From an uncultured bacterium (GTDB taxonomy: Bacteria > Bacteroidota > Bacteroidia > Bacteroidales > UBA932): DNA of 64,000 nt. Shown piece by piece: positions 45,861 to 55,942 of this stretch; within the stretch, counting starts at the first letter, position 1; every line of letters starts with the position of its first letter. The stretch spans positions 39,483 through 103,482 of the forward strand of contig CASGCS010000014.1 of assembly GCA_949300025.1 (NCBI GenBank). Direction: 5' to 3'. Position numbers and translations under genes: made by a program. Under the pieces are notes generated by a model. The model had not been told where the DNA came from. It did no database searches and worked only from the letters and a program-made list of their open reading frames with translations.

Positions 45861-47048
45861 ATGAAATTGAGACGATACATAACGGTATTGCTGTTTCTGA
45901 CATTTCTTCCGGGCCTTGCCGGCATTGCGTCTGCCGGCGGCTCCGTATCGGGACAGGACTCGGTTGAAGTGATAACCGTAAAGGACACCGTGCAGAAGAA
46001 AAGCGTGTGGAAAAAGATATACGGTTATTTTGCCAACGCCAACAAGACAAGCGACAAGAAGTTCGACATAAGCCTCATAGGAGGGCCCCACTACTCTACT
46101 GACACAAAACTGGGTCTTGGAATGGTCGCTGCCGGTGTCTACAACACCCACAGGGGAGATTCGCTTACACCGGATTCCAACGTCTCTCTCTTCGGAGATA
46201 TTACCACCACAGGATTCTATCTGCTCGGCATAAGGGGCAACAACATCTTTTACAGGGAAAAATGGCGCATAGACTACACCCTGTACTTCTTCTCCTTCCC
46301 CAGTTCGTTCTGGGGCATCGGCTTTGAAAACGGAGACAACGACGGGAATGCCTGCAAATATATGCGCAAGCAGGCGGAGATAAAAAGCGATTTCCTCATA
46401 AAGGTTGCCGACGGGCTTTACGTAGGGCCTTCGATAGGTTTCCAGCTGATTCGCGGATACGACTTCGATGATTTCGGCCTCTCGCTGCTCAACGGAGAGG
46501 AGAGGATAAGCCGCTATTTCAACTACGGGGCGCAGATTACATACGACACCAGAGACTTTATCCCCAATGCCTACAAGGGAGTATTCATAAAACTGCTCCA
46601 GACGGGATATACCGATTTCCAGGGCAAACCCTTCTTCAACACTACCTTTACGTTCGACTATTACCGGCAGGCATGGAAAGGCGCGGTCTTTGCGTTCGAT
46701 TTCAACACCGAACTGCAATATGGCTCAGTACCCTGGACAATGAAGGCCAGCCTGGGCGGTTCCAACAGGATGAGAGGCTACTACGAAGGGCGTTACAGAG
46801 ACGACAACGCCCTCTCCATGCAAATAGAATACAGACAGAAAATCTACAACAGGCATGGCATTGCCATCTGGGGCGGCTGCGGTACAATCTGGAGCAAACA
46901 GAACCGTTTCCAATGGAACAGGTTTCTGCCCAACTACGGAATCGGCTACAGATGGGAGTTCAAGAAAAGAATGAACGTAAGGCTCGATTACGGATTCGGC
47001 AAGAAGGGGCAGTCCGGCTTCATGTTCAGCATAAACGAGGCATTCTAG
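45861..47048 (+). CDS. Omp85/BamA-TamA-family outer-membrane barrel (surface antigen D15 type)
   Basis: ORF from TTG 45849; ATG 45861 (MKLRRYITVLLF). C-terminal GGSNRMRGYYEGRYRD ... VRLDYGFG ... FMFSINEAF. Confidence 0.7.
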   Translation: MKLRRYITVLLFLTFLPGLAGIASAGGSVSGQDSVEVITVKDTVQKKSVWKKIYGYFANANKTSDKKFDISLIGGPHYSTDTKLGLGMVAAGVYNTHRGDSLTPDSNVSLFGDITTTGFYLLGIRGNNIFYREKWRIDYTLYFFSFPSSFWGIGFENGDNDGNACKYMRKQAEIKSDFLIKVADGLYVGPSIGFQLIRGYDFDDFGLSLLNGEERISRYFNYGAQITYDTRDFIPNAYKGVFIKLLQTGYTDFQGKPFFNTTFTFDYYRQAWKGAVFAFDFNTELQYGSVPWTMKASLGGSNRMRGYYEGRYRDDNALSMQIEYRQKIYNRHGIAIWGGCGTIWSKQNRFQWNRFLPNYGIGYRWEFKKRMNVRLDYGFGKKGQSGFMFSINEAF

Positions 47049-47076
47049 CAAACGGTTATTTGGAAAGAGAACTGAA

Positions 47077-48789
47077 ATGAGATTTTTGAAAGGCATAAAA
47101 AAGGAGATTCTTCTCTTTGCGCACAACCAGGAGCGGCTGTATATATTTTTCTGTGCTGTACTGATGGTAACCAACATCTGCCTGCTCTTCACAGAAAGGA
47201 TGAACTGGCCGGCACGCGTGGCGTTCATCTGCATTCCGCTTGCCACGCAGATGCTGCTGCTGGCAGCCTCCAGAAAACCGGGCATTTTTTTCCTCATCCT
47301 CTTTCCAAAGATAATTCTCGATGCATTCCAGCTTGTACTCCTGAAACTCTACGGCAATTCAATCATTGCGGTAGACATGTTCCTCAACCTTGTAACCACA
47401 AGCGCGACAGAGGCCGGCGAACTGCTCGGAAGCATAGCTCCGGTAATCATCTTCATGATTGTGCTCTATATTCCGGCCATAATCTTTGCAGTGGTTTCAG
47501 CAAGGGAGAAAAGGAGGATAAACCAGTCATTCCGCAAAAAGGCGCTGACAGGCGCAAGCGCGATTCTCGCCCTGGGCATTCTCTTTTTATTCATAGCCAA
47601 AACGCGCCCCGACGGCTTTACCGTAAAATACGACCTCTACCCCAACAATGTCTTCTACAACCTCGACTACGCCGCAAAGAAGTGGCACAGGATAAACAAC
47701 TATACAAAAAGTTCGCAGGGCTTCACCTATCAGGCTTCGAGATGCGACACCACGGCAAAGAGAGAACGTGAAATATATGTTCTGGTCATTGGAGAGACCT
47801 CTCGCGCAGACAACTGGAGCCTCTACGGCTACAGCCGCACAACCACCCCGATGCTCGACACGCTTGCAGGCCTGCTCAGGTTCGAGGATGTGCTTTCCCA
47901 GTCGAACACGACCCACAAGAGCGTACCGATGCTACTCACCCCGGCCAGTGCGGAAGAGTATCGGCTCATTTATAATTGTAAAAGCATTGTAACTCTCTTC
48001 AAGGAGGCGGGGTTCAAGACAGCCTACCTGACCAACCACGAATACCACCACACCTTCATGGCACACTATTTCAAGGAGGCAGACATTGCCGTTTCTGTAA
48101 AGGACAATGCAGGAAACAGCCACGATTCGCTTATGCTCAAGCCTCTTGAGACAATTCTCGACACTGTGGAGGCAGACCTGTTCGTTGTGGTGCACCTCTA
48201 CGGCTCGCACTTTGAGTACAGCCAGAGATACAGCCGCGAAGATGCAGTCTACAAGCCAGACATTGCCGAAAGGATTGCAAAGAAGTACAAGCAGCAGCTT
48301 GTAAACGCCTATGACAACTCCATAATGAGCACCGACAGGATTCTGTACAGAATAGTGGAGATGGTACGCAGGCAGGAGTGTGCAAGCGCCCTGATCTACA
48401 CCTCGGACCATGGAGAAGACATTTTCGACGACAGGCGGAACCGCTTCCTGCACGCCTCTCCAATCCCGACATTCTACCAGATTCACGTTCCGTTTGTGGC
48501 ATGGAGCTCGCCCCGATACAGAGAACTATACGGGCAGAAGTGGCAGAATATGACCGGCAACACAGCCCAGCCTGTCTCTTCCAACAGCGCCGTATTCCAT
48601 ACTTTGACCGATTTGGCCTCGATAAAGACAAAATATCTGAAATCTGAATTATCTTTGTGCTCTGAAAACTTCAGGGCAGTACCGAGAACATACCTTACAG
48701 ACCATGAGGAGAGCGTGAGGATAGACCGGTTGCTGCTCAGCAAGTACGACTACCAACAGTTTGAAGAAAAAAACATAAGGTTGCATTAG
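47077..48789 (+). CDS. phosphoethanolamine transferase (EptA-like, sulfatase domain)
   Basis: 570 aa; 5 N-terminal TM segments then VLVIGETSRADNWSLYGYSRTTTP and DHGE motifs. Confidence 0.8.
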   Translation: MRFLKGIKKEILLFAHNQERLYIFFCAVLMVTNICLLFTERMNWPARVAFICIPLATQMLLLAASRKPGIFFLILFPKIILDAFQLVLLKLYGNSIIAVDMFLNLVTTSATEAGELLGSIAPVIIFMIVLYIPAIIFAVVSAREKRRINQSFRKKALTGASAILALGILFLFIAKTRPDGFTVKYDLYPNNVFYNLDYAAKKWHRINNYTKSSQGFTYQASRCDTTAKREREIYVLVIGETSRADNWSLYGYSRTTTPMLDTLAGLLRFEDVLSQSNTTHKSVPMLLTPASAEEYRLIYNCKSIVTLFKEAGFKTAYLTNHEYHHTFMAHYFKEADIAVSVKDNAGNSHDSLMLKPLETILDTVEADLFVVVHLYGSHFEYSQRYSREDAVYKPDIAERIAKKYKQQLVNAYDNSIMSTDRILYRIVEMVRRQECASALIYTSDHGEDIFDDRRNRFLHASPIPTFYQIHVPFVAWSSPRYRELYGQKWQNMTGNTAQPVSSNSAVFHTLTDLASIKTKYLKSELSLCSENFRAVPRTYLTDHEESVRIDRLLLSKYDYQQFEEKNIRLH

Positions 48790-48803
48790 AGATTCGAAAG
48801 ACA

Positions 48804-49550
48804 ATGCAGATGAACAAGACGGCACAATACACATTTACCATCCTCGTTCCCTTTTACAATGAGGAGGACAACATTTACAGACTGGAGAAGGTTCTGGGAG
48901 ATTATCTGAAAAAGGCTGTGATTCCTTCGGTTGCGGTTCTCTTTATAAACGACGGGTCAAAAGACAACGGTCTTGAAATGGTAAAGGAGGTTTGCAGCAG
49001 GAACGAACATTTCTACTATATATCGCTTGCAAGGAACACCGGACTGAGCGGAGCGCTCAAGGCAGGATTCGACAATACATGGTCTAAATACGTGGGCTAC
49101 ATAGATGCAGACCTGCAGACCTCTCCGGAAGACTTCAACCTGCTGCTTCCTCACGCAGAGGAGTACCCGCTGGTAATGGGCATAAGGGCCAACAGAAAGG
49201 ACAGTTTCTTCAAGAATCTGCAATCAAAAATTGCAAACGGCTTCAGAAGGATGATGACCCACGACAACGCAATAGACACGGGCTGCCCCCTGAAGGTGTT
49301 CCAGACGGAATATGCCAAACGCATACCCATGTTCAACGGCATGCACCGCTTCTTTCCTGCGCTCATCCAGTTGCAGGAGGGGGGAAAGATGATGCAGATT
49401 GCAGTAAGGCACTTTCCCCGTCAGGCCGGAGTCTCCAAATATAACCTCTGGAACAGGCTCATAGCCCCCTTCAAGGATTGCTTCGCCTACAGATGGATGA
49501 AAAAAAGATATATAAACTACACCGTGGCAAACGGCAACATAGAATCTTAA
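48804..49550 (+). CDS. GT2 polyprenyl-phosphate glycosyltransferase (ArnC/DPM1-like)
   Basis: 248 aa; ILVPFYNEE ... INDGSKD ... IDADLQ GT2 motifs. Confidence 0.75.
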   Translation: MQMNKTAQYTFTILVPFYNEEDNIYRLEKVLGDYLKKAVIPSVAVLFINDGSKDNGLEMVKEVCSRNEHFYYISLARNTGLSGALKAGFDNTWSKYVGYIDADLQTSPEDFNLLLPHAEEYPLVMGIRANRKDSFFKNLQSKIANGFRRMMTHDNAIDTGCPLKVFQTEYAKRIPMFNGMHRFFPALIQLQEGGKMMQIAVRHFPRQAGVSKYNLWNRLIAPFKDCFAYRWMKKRYINYTVANGNIES

Positions 49551-49560
49551 GCCACCCCGA

Positions 49561-50196
49561 ATGAGTGCATACATATACATCATAGGCTTTTTGGCCCAGG
49601 CTCTCTTTTCTGCCAGGATTCTTGTGCAGTGGGTGATGTCTGAAAGGGCGAAGAGAGTGGTTTCGCCGTCGATATTCTGGATACTGAGCATCATAGCCTC
49701 CTATATGCTCTTCATATACGGATTCCTCAGAGACGATTTTGCAATAATGCTCGGACAGGTAATCTCCTACTACGTGTATATCTGGAATCTGAACGAAAAG
49801 GAGATATGGAAAAAAATACCATATATCTTCAGGCTTGTAATAGTGGCAACCCCCGTTGCCGGAATAACCTATATCCTTTCCGATTTCCAGCAGTTTGTGG
49901 AACAGTGCCTCAACAATGCGCAGATTCCGCCGCTGCTTGTCATATACGGTTCCATGGGGCAGGTAATCTTCACCCTGAGATTCGTCTACCAGTTCGCATA
50001 TTCCAAGAAACACCATGAATCGCTGCTCCCGGCGGGGTTCTGGATAATCTCGCTTGTAGGTTCCACTATCATAGTCTCATACGGAATCATCCGCCTCGAC
50101 CCTGTTCTCATACTGGGACAGTCGTTCGGATTTTTATCTTATACGAGAAATTTGATACTTTTGCACAAAAGCAAATCAAACACGAAAAGTGAATGA
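49561..50196 (+). CDS. membrane protein with two lipid-A-disaccharide-synthase N-terminal (LAB_N) domains
   Basis: 211 aa; GFLAQALFSARILVQWVMSERAKRVVSPSIFW and a second GQVIFTLRFVYQF...SLLPAGFW repeat. Confidence 0.65.
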   Translation: MSAYIYIIGFLAQALFSARILVQWVMSERAKRVVSPSIFWILSIIASYMLFIYGFLRDDFAIMLGQVISYYVYIWNLNEKEIWKKIPYIFRLVIVATPVAGITYILSDFQQFVEQCLNNAQIPPLLVIYGSMGQVIFTLRFVYQFAYSKKHHESLLPAGFWIISLVGSTIIVSYGIIRLDPVLILGQSFGFLSYTRNLILLHKSKSNTKSE

Positions 50197-51818
50197 AAAG
50201 ACAATGGCTCTACTTTGCCCTGATATTCATTGCAATTCTGCCGATACTCCTTCTAAGGGACTTTACTGCAGACAATGAACTCAAATATTTGAGCATAGCA
50301 GACGAGGCTATAGAAAACTCCAATATTTTCGCCTTTTACAACCACGGTGAACCTTATGCAGACAAACCGCCGCTCTACCTGTGGTTTGTAATGCTTGGCA
50401 AGATTATCTTCGGGAAACATGTAATGTTCTATCTCTCCCTGCTCTCCGTAATTCCAGCCTTTGTCACGGCATGGATTATGGGCAAATTCACCGGGCGCGT
50501 CCTTACAGAAAGGGAGAGAGGCTCCACGCTGCTGATGCTCTTTACAACGGCATTCTTTCTGGCACCGATAATCGTGCTCAGAATGGACATGCTCATGACC
50601 ATGTTCATAACGCTTGCACTCTACACCTTTTACAGAATGTACGAGTACAACACCACGGAGCCGGAATACGGGGCAGGACTCCAACGCAAGAGGCAATGGC
50701 TTCTGCCGCTTTACATCTTCCTCGCCCTCTTTTCAAAAGGGCCTGTGGGGCTTATGCTCCCGCTTGCTGCAATCGTTGTCTTTCTGGCTGTAAGCCGCCG
50801 GCTGGGCACAATAGGCAAGTATCTAGGTTACAGATGCTGGCTTCTGCTTCTGGCTTTATGCGCCCTCTGGTTTACCGGAGTCTATATTGACGGAGGCAGA
50901 GAATATCTCAACAACCTGCTCTTCCACCAGACCTTAGACAGGGCCGTAGACGCCTTCCATCATAAGAAACCCGTTTACTATTACCTTGTAACCTACTGGT
51001 TCACCATGGCCCCGTGGTCGCTTCTCTCCTTTGCTGCAATCATTACGGCATACAGGGAGAGGCTGATAAACAACTCGCTGCCGAGATTTTTCATTACCGT
51101 TTTCCTTACCGCTCTGGTAATGCTCTCCTTTATCAGTTCCAAACTGGAAATATACCTGCTGCCGGCCTTCCCTTTCCTTGTCTTCTTTACCGCAATGGTT
51201 ATCGGGAAAAAGTCCAACCTGGCGCTGAAGGCTTCGGTTGCCCTGCCGGCCGCTCTCTTTATAGCAATATTTGCCGCATCATGTTTCTACAAAACCATTT
51301 CTGTACACTTTGCACTGCCGGAAATAGAACTGGCGGCACCTCTGTGGTGCTATACGCTCATACTCTTTGCAGGAGGTGTGGCGGCAATATTGTCGCTCTG
51401 CAGGAACAGAATATTCAGGGCAACAGACTCCATTGCAATATCACTGCTGCTCTTTATATTTTTCGCCTCGCTCTCCATCCCCTCCCTCAACAGATACATA
51501 GGGATGAAAGAGGGGTGTACGGTTGCACTGGAAAAGGCGGAGGAACACGGATTTTCACGCTTCGTACACTATAACTTCCACACTTCCGAGAATTTCGACG
51601 TCTATTTCAAGGAGATGCTCGGGAAAGAGGGTGCAGGCAGGCAGGAAATAGAGGCGTTTTCAATAGAAGAGATTGAAAAGGAGGATATAGGCTCGCTCCA
51701 CGGCTCGGTACTCTTTCTCATAAGCCGGCACATAGCCAAGGACCCTGAACTGGCAAAGGCCATAGAGGGAAGAGAGAGTTACAGGTATGGAATGAGCACC
51801 ATAGTGCTATTTGAATAA
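50193..51818 (+). CDS. ArnT/PMT-like (GT39/GT83-type) polyprenyl-phosphate-sugar dependent glycosyltransferase
   Basis: 541 aa, multi-pass; N-terminal DNELKYLSIADE ... ADKPPLYLWF motif; 4-nt overlap with the previous gene. Confidence 0.7.
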   Translation: MKRQWLYFALIFIAILPILLLRDFTADNELKYLSIADEAIENSNIFAFYNHGEPYADKPPLYLWFVMLGKIIFGKHVMFYLSLLSVIPAFVTAWIMGKFTGRVLTERERGSTLLMLFTTAFFLAPIIVLRMDMLMTMFITLALYTFYRMYEYNTTEPEYGAGLQRKRQWLLPLYIFLALFSKGPVGLMLPLAAIVVFLAVSRRLGTIGKYLGYRCWLLLLALCALWFTGVYIDGGREYLNNLLFHQTLDRAVDAFHHKKPVYYYLVTYWFTMAPWSLLSFAAIITAYRERLINNSLPRFFITVFLTALVMLSFISSKLEIYLLPAFPFLVFFTAMVIGKKSNLALKASVALPAALFIAIFAASCFYKTISVHFALPEIELAAPLWCYTLILFAGGVAAILSLCRNRIFRATDSIAISLLLFIFFASLSIPSLNRYIGMKEGCTVALEKAEEHGFSRFVHYNFHTSENFDVYFKEMLGKEGAGRQEIEAFSIEEIEKEDIGSLHGSVLFLISRHIAKDPELAKAIEGRESYRYGMSTIVLFE

Positions 51819-51830
51819 TCACACGCAGAC

Positions 51831-52793
51831 ATGAAAAAGATACTGGTTACCGGAGCTGCCGGATTCATAGGATTTCACCTCAGCAGAAGGCTCATGGAGG
51901 AGGGTTACGCAGTCACAGGACTCGACAATATCAACTCTTACTACGACACCGGTCTTAAATACAGCCGTCTGAAAGAACTGGGAGATTTCCGTTTCCACAA
52001 GGCAGACCTGACAGACACCTGCAAGTTGAAGGAGATTTTCGAGCAGGGGGGCTTCGACCTTGTCTGCAACCTCGCCGCACAGGCCGGAGTGCGCTATTCG
52101 TTCGAGAACCCGTCGGCCTACATACAGTCAAACGTGGTAGGCTTTGCAAATATCATTGAAATGAGCAGGCTCCATTCGGTAAAGCATTTTGTCTATGCAA
52201 GCTCCAGCAGCATTTACGGCAACAACAACAAAGTACCCTTTTCAGAAGACGACCGGACAGACAACCCCCAAAGCCTCTATGCAGCCACAAAAAAGGAGAA
52301 TGAACTGATAGCCCATGTCTACAGCAGCCAGTGGGGGATGTCCACTACAGGGCTCAGGTTCTTCACCGTTTACGGCCCGTGGGGCAGGCCCGACATGGCC
52401 CCGTTCCTCTTCATGCGTTCCATTCTCGAAGGCAAAAAGATACGTATCTTCAACAACGGCAACCTCAGCCGCGATTTCAGTTACATAGACGACATAGTCG
52501 AAGGAGTTGTGAAGGTGCTGGAAAGCAGGCCGGAAAAGGGCAGCTGCAAAGTCTACAACATAGGCAACAGCTCGCCTGTAAAACTTATGGATTTCATACA
52601 TACAATAGAAAAGGTCACCGGCAGACAGGCCGTAAAGGAGTTCGTGCCGATGCAGCAGGGAGATGTCTACACCACATACGCCGACACTTCAAGGCTGGAG
52701 CGTGATTTCGGATTCAAGCCCGGCACGCCGCTGGAAAAGGGAATCCGCGAATTTTACAAGTGGTACTGCAAATTCTATAAAATCCCGGAATAA
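51831..52793 (+). CDS. NAD-dependent epimerase, UDP-glucuronate 4-epimerase (Uge/LpsL)-like
   Basis: 320 aa; VTGAAGFIGFH ... DNINSYYDTGLKYSRL N-terminus and YAATKKENE catalytic YxxxK. Confidence 0.7.
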   Translation: MKKILVTGAAGFIGFHLSRRLMEEGYAVTGLDNINSYYDTGLKYSRLKELGDFRFHKADLTDTCKLKEIFEQGGFDLVCNLAAQAGVRYSFENPSAYIQSNVVGFANIIEMSRLHSVKHFVYASSSSIYGNNNKVPFSEDDRTDNPQSLYAATKKENELIAHVYSSQWGMSTTGLRFFTVYGPWGRPDMAPFLFMRSILEGKKIRIFNNGNLSRDFSYIDDIVEGVVKVLESRPEKGSCKVYNIGNSSPVKLMDFIHTIEKVTGRQAVKEFVPMQQGDVYTTYADTSRLERDFGFKPGTPLEKGIREFYKWYCKFYKIPE

Positions 52794-52869
52794 TCTGCAA
52801 TCTGGCATACAAGGCAACCGTTTTTTCATATATCTTTGAAGATATTTTTTGACAAAACGGAAAACACAA

Positions 52870-53985
52870 ATGGAACAGAATTGCGGAACACTTGCAGAGT
52901 TAGAGATCAGCTATCCCAACTGCATACACAACTACAACTATTTCAGATCCAAACTAAAACCCTCCACCAAACTGCTTATTCTCATAAAGGCTAACTCCTA
53001 CGGTCACGGAGCCGTTGAATTTGCCAGAATAATGGAAGAGGCCGGGGCAGACTACTTTGCCGTGGCCCATCCTGTTGAAGGAATAGAGCTCAAAAAGGGA
53101 GGGATAAAAAGGCCCGTCATAATCCTGACGGCGGGGACAGACAATTACAAGGATTTGATAGAGTACGGCCTTGAGCCGGGAATCCCGAACATTGAATCTC
53201 TCCGGATATTCGACAGCGTTTTGGAGGAGACCGGCATGGAAAGTTATCCCGTTCACATAAAACTCGACACCGGCATGCACAGGCTGGGCTTCATGGAGCA
53301 TGAACTGCCCGCCCTGCTCGATTTTCTCAAAAGCCATCCCAGAATAAAGGTACAGTCTGTATATTCTCACCTCGCAGCTTCAGACGAGGCCCGGCACGAC
53401 AGTTTCACCCTGGGCCAGATTGAACTGTATAGCAAAATGGCAGCCAGAATAGACGCAATACTGGACTACAGGCCGCTGCACCACATACTTAATTCCGCCG
53501 GCATAGAGAGATTCACGGAATACCAGTTCGACATGGTAAGGCTCGGAATAGGCATATACGGCATAAGCGCGACAGGAAGCAAGATGCTCAAGCCCGCCGC
53601 AACATTAAGATGCAAAATCCTTCAGATCAAGGAGCTACAACCCTCAGACGGCACGGTAGGCTACGGCAGACACGGAAAACTGCATCCGGAGGGCATTACA
53701 AAGACCGCAACCCTTCCGCTCGGCTATGCAGACGGCATAGACCGCCATCTGGGAAGGGGAAACGCCAGGTTCCTGCTCAACGGCAAACTTGTACCTACCA
53801 TTGGAAACATCTGCATGGACATGTGCATGATAGACATTACCGGAGTAGATGCAAAAGTGGGAGATACGGTTACTATATTCGGGGAGAGACCCCATGCAAG
53901 CGAACTTGCCACTATTCTGGGTACGATTCCCTATGAAATCTTCACATCTGTGGCAAAGCGGGTGAAAAGAGTGGTAATCAAGTAA
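52870..53985 (+). CDS. alr: alanine racemase
   Basis: ORF from TTG 52849; ATG 52870; PLP-lysine motif LIKANSYGHGAVE, C-terminal PYEIFTS. Confidence 0.85.
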   Translation: MEQNCGTLAELEISYPNCIHNYNYFRSKLKPSTKLLILIKANSYGHGAVEFARIMEEAGADYFAVAHPVEGIELKKGGIKRPVIILTAGTDNYKDLIEYGLEPGIPNIESLRIFDSVLEETGMESYPVHIKLDTGMHRLGFMEHELPALLDFLKSHPRIKVQSVYSHLAASDEARHDSFTLGQIELYSKMAARIDAILDYRPLHHILNSAGIERFTEYQFDMVRLGIGIYGISATGSKMLKPAATLRCKILQIKELQPSDGTVGYGRHGKLHPEGITKTATLPLGYADGIDRHLGRGNARFLLNGKLVPTIGNICMDMCMIDITGVDAKVGDTVTIFGERPHASELATILGTIPYEIFTSVAKRVKRVVIK

Positions 53986-53991
53986 ATATTC

Positions 53992-54960
53992 TTATTTGGA
54001 AGCAGGTACGGCAAAGCCGGGCCCGACAACAACCCTTATGCCGTGGGGAACCAGTTCAAAACAGAACGGAGAGTTGCCCACGGCTTCTCCGTCTATCTCT
54101 ATCCTGCTTTCGGGCCACGTCTGAATCTCTATCTTTTTGGCCTGCAAGTGCATTACGCCGGGTACTGCATATATGTTGCCCGAATAGAGAAGATTGAATT
54201 TTCTCATTATCTTCAACTTGGACATTTTCCTTATGACGGTCATGTCCATAAGCCCGTCGTCGAAAAGAGCATACGGGGTCTGCTGCATTCCTCCGCCGTT
54301 GTATTTTCCGATTCCCACCGCACCTGAAAAGACAAGTCCCTTGTAAAATTCCCGTCCGTCGGCCTTTATTGAAAATCTCTTTGACCTGCATCCCAGAAAG
54401 GTCTGAAGCGCACAGAGCAGATAGAGCCATTTCCCGTAACGGCCGTTGTCCTTCATCTTGTTGTACTTGAGATTTACAACGGCGTCATACCCCATGCCCG
54501 ATACGTTTGCCATGTAGCGGATGTGGTTTACGCGGGTCTGATAGTAGCTCACCTTGCCCACATCCTGAAGGACAGTCTTCTTTTCCACCAGCGACCTGAC
54601 CGCCTCTGAGTAGGTCTTGGAAATGCCGAACATCCTTATCCAGTCGTTGCCCGTACCGGTCGGGATTACCGCCAGCGATATATCTGTCGTAGGAACTTTC
54701 TTCTGGATGAAAATACCGTTTACAACCTCGTGGATGGTGCCGTCGCCGCCTACCGCGACTATGTTCCTGAACCCGTCGTTTACAGCCTTTACTGTAAGTT
54801 CTACGGCGTGATACTTGTGCTCGGTAAAGACACATGTAAAACTGAGGTTGCTGTTATACATTTGATTGGAGATAATAGGCCAGTCCTTGAGCCCCTTACC
54901 GCTGCCGGCCTTGGGATTCACTATGACAAGCCACACATTTGCAAGATTCTCCGTTTCCAA
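53992..54960 (-). CDS. diacylglycerol-kinase-family lipid kinase (YegS/BmrU-like)
   Basis: 322 aa; VIVNPKAGSGKG and VAVGGDGTIHEVVNG motifs; the start is TTG 54960 or GTG 54939. Confidence 0.8.
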   Translation of the reverse strand: METENLANVWLVIVNPKAGSGKGLKDWPIISNQMYNSNLSFTCVFTEHKYHAVELTVKAVNDGFRNIVAVGGDGTIHEVVNGIFIQKKVPTTDISLAVIPTGTGNDWIRMFGISKTYSEAVRSLVEKKTVLQDVGKVSYYQTRVNHIRYMANVSGMGYDAVVNLKYNKMKDNGRYGKWLYLLCALQTFLGCRSKRFSIKADGREFYKGLVFSGAVGIGKYNGGGMQQTPYALFDDGLMDMTVIRKMSKLKIMRKFNLLYSGNIYAVPGVMHLQAKKIEIQTWPESRIEIDGEAVGNSPFCFELVPHGIRVVVGPGFAVPASK

Positions 54961-54970
54961 TGTAAAATTG

Positions 54971-55050
54971 TTTTAAACTTCGTTTACAATCACGCTGCGC
55001 CCCGGCATTGTCTGAGCAAGCTCCGCCACTGCTCTCGGCTTGCAGTTTGC
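54971..55050 (-). repeat. approximately 80-nt repeated leader element, copy C
   Basis: Matches 11521-11600; hairpin arms 55016-55021 / 55038-55043 (gcaagc/gcttgc). Confidence 0.7.
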
Positions 55051-55075
55051 TTATATGTTGATATTTTTACGCCCG

Positions 55076-55083
55076 CAAATGTA
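55076..55083 (-). promoter_or_regulatory. -7 promoter box (tacatttg on minus strand) upstream of element copy C and the lipid kinase gene
   Basis: Exact TAnnTTTG match 26 nt upstream of the element. Confidence 0.45.
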
Positions 55084-55113
55084 ATAAAAACTCTCTGCTA
55101 AAAAAAGATTTGC

Positions 55114-55121
55114 TATTTTTG
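55114..55121 (+). promoter_or_regulatory. -7 promoter box (tatttttg) for parA
   Basis: Exact TAnnTTTG match 36 nt before ATG 55157. Confidence 0.45.
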
Positions 55122-55156
55122 CGGGATAGCATTGTACATACACAAAACATATCTGC

Positions 55157-55942
55157 ATGGGAAAAACTATAGCAATTGCAAATCAGAAGGGAGGAGTGGG
55201 GAAAACCACCACCGCCATAAACCTGGCGGCGTCGCTGGCAGTGATGGAGAAGAAAGTTTTGCTGATTGATGCCGATCCGCAGGCAAACAGTACATCGGGG
55301 CTCAATTTCAATCCCGATTCCAAAGATGGCAAAACCCTCTACGAAGTGCTCATAGGCGAACACTCGTTCAGGGATATAATACTCAAGACAGAGATTGCGA
55401 ACATGGATTTGGCCCCTTCGCACATAAATCTTGTGGGCGCAGAGATAGAGATGCTCAAGATTCCCGAAAGGGAGACGATTTTCAAAAGAGCTGTCGAGAC
55501 AATCAAAAACGACTACGAATATATCATCATAGACTGTTCCCCCTCTCTGGGGCTGATTACAATCAATTCACTGACTGCTTCAGACTCGGTAATCATTCCC
55601 GTACAATGTGAATTCTTTGCACTGGAGGGGCTGGGCAAACTGCTGAACACCTTGAAAATAGTGAAAAGCAGGCTGAACCCGTCGCTGGTAATAGAAGGCT
55701 TTCTGCTTACAATGCACGATGCAAGGCTCAAATCGGCGAACCAGGTTGTCGCAGATGTCAGACGCCACTTCTCAGACATGGTGTTCCAGACAATAATAGC
55801 GAGAAACGTGCGGCTCAGCGAGGCTCCCAGCCACGGGAAGCCGGTAATACTGTACGATGCAATGTCGAACGGCTCAAACAACTATCTGAGCCTGGCCAAG
55901 GAGATTCTCACAAGGGAACAGCAAAAAGAGGAGGAGAAATAG
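55157..55942 (+). CDS. parA: chromosome partitioning ATPase ParA/Soj
   Basis: 261 aa; deviant Walker A IANQKGGVGKTTT. Confidence 0.9.
   Translation: MGKTIAIANQKGGVGKTTTAINLAASLAVMEKKVLLIDADPQANSTSGLNFNPDSKDGKTLYEVLIGEHSFRDIILKTEIANMDLAPSHINLVGAEIEMLKIPERETIFKRAVETIKNDYEYIIIDCSPSLGLITINSLTASDSVIIPVQCEFFALEGLGKLLNTLKIVKSRLNPSLVIEGFLLTMHDARLKSANQVVADVRRHFSDMVFQTIIARNVRLSEAPSHGKPVILYDAMSNGSNNYLSLAKEILTREQQKEEEK

Noticed and set aside
45843-46718. 291-aa minus-strand ORF
   Set aside because: It is antisense to the Omp85-type barrel gene, with no recognisable motifs, signal or independent promoter.
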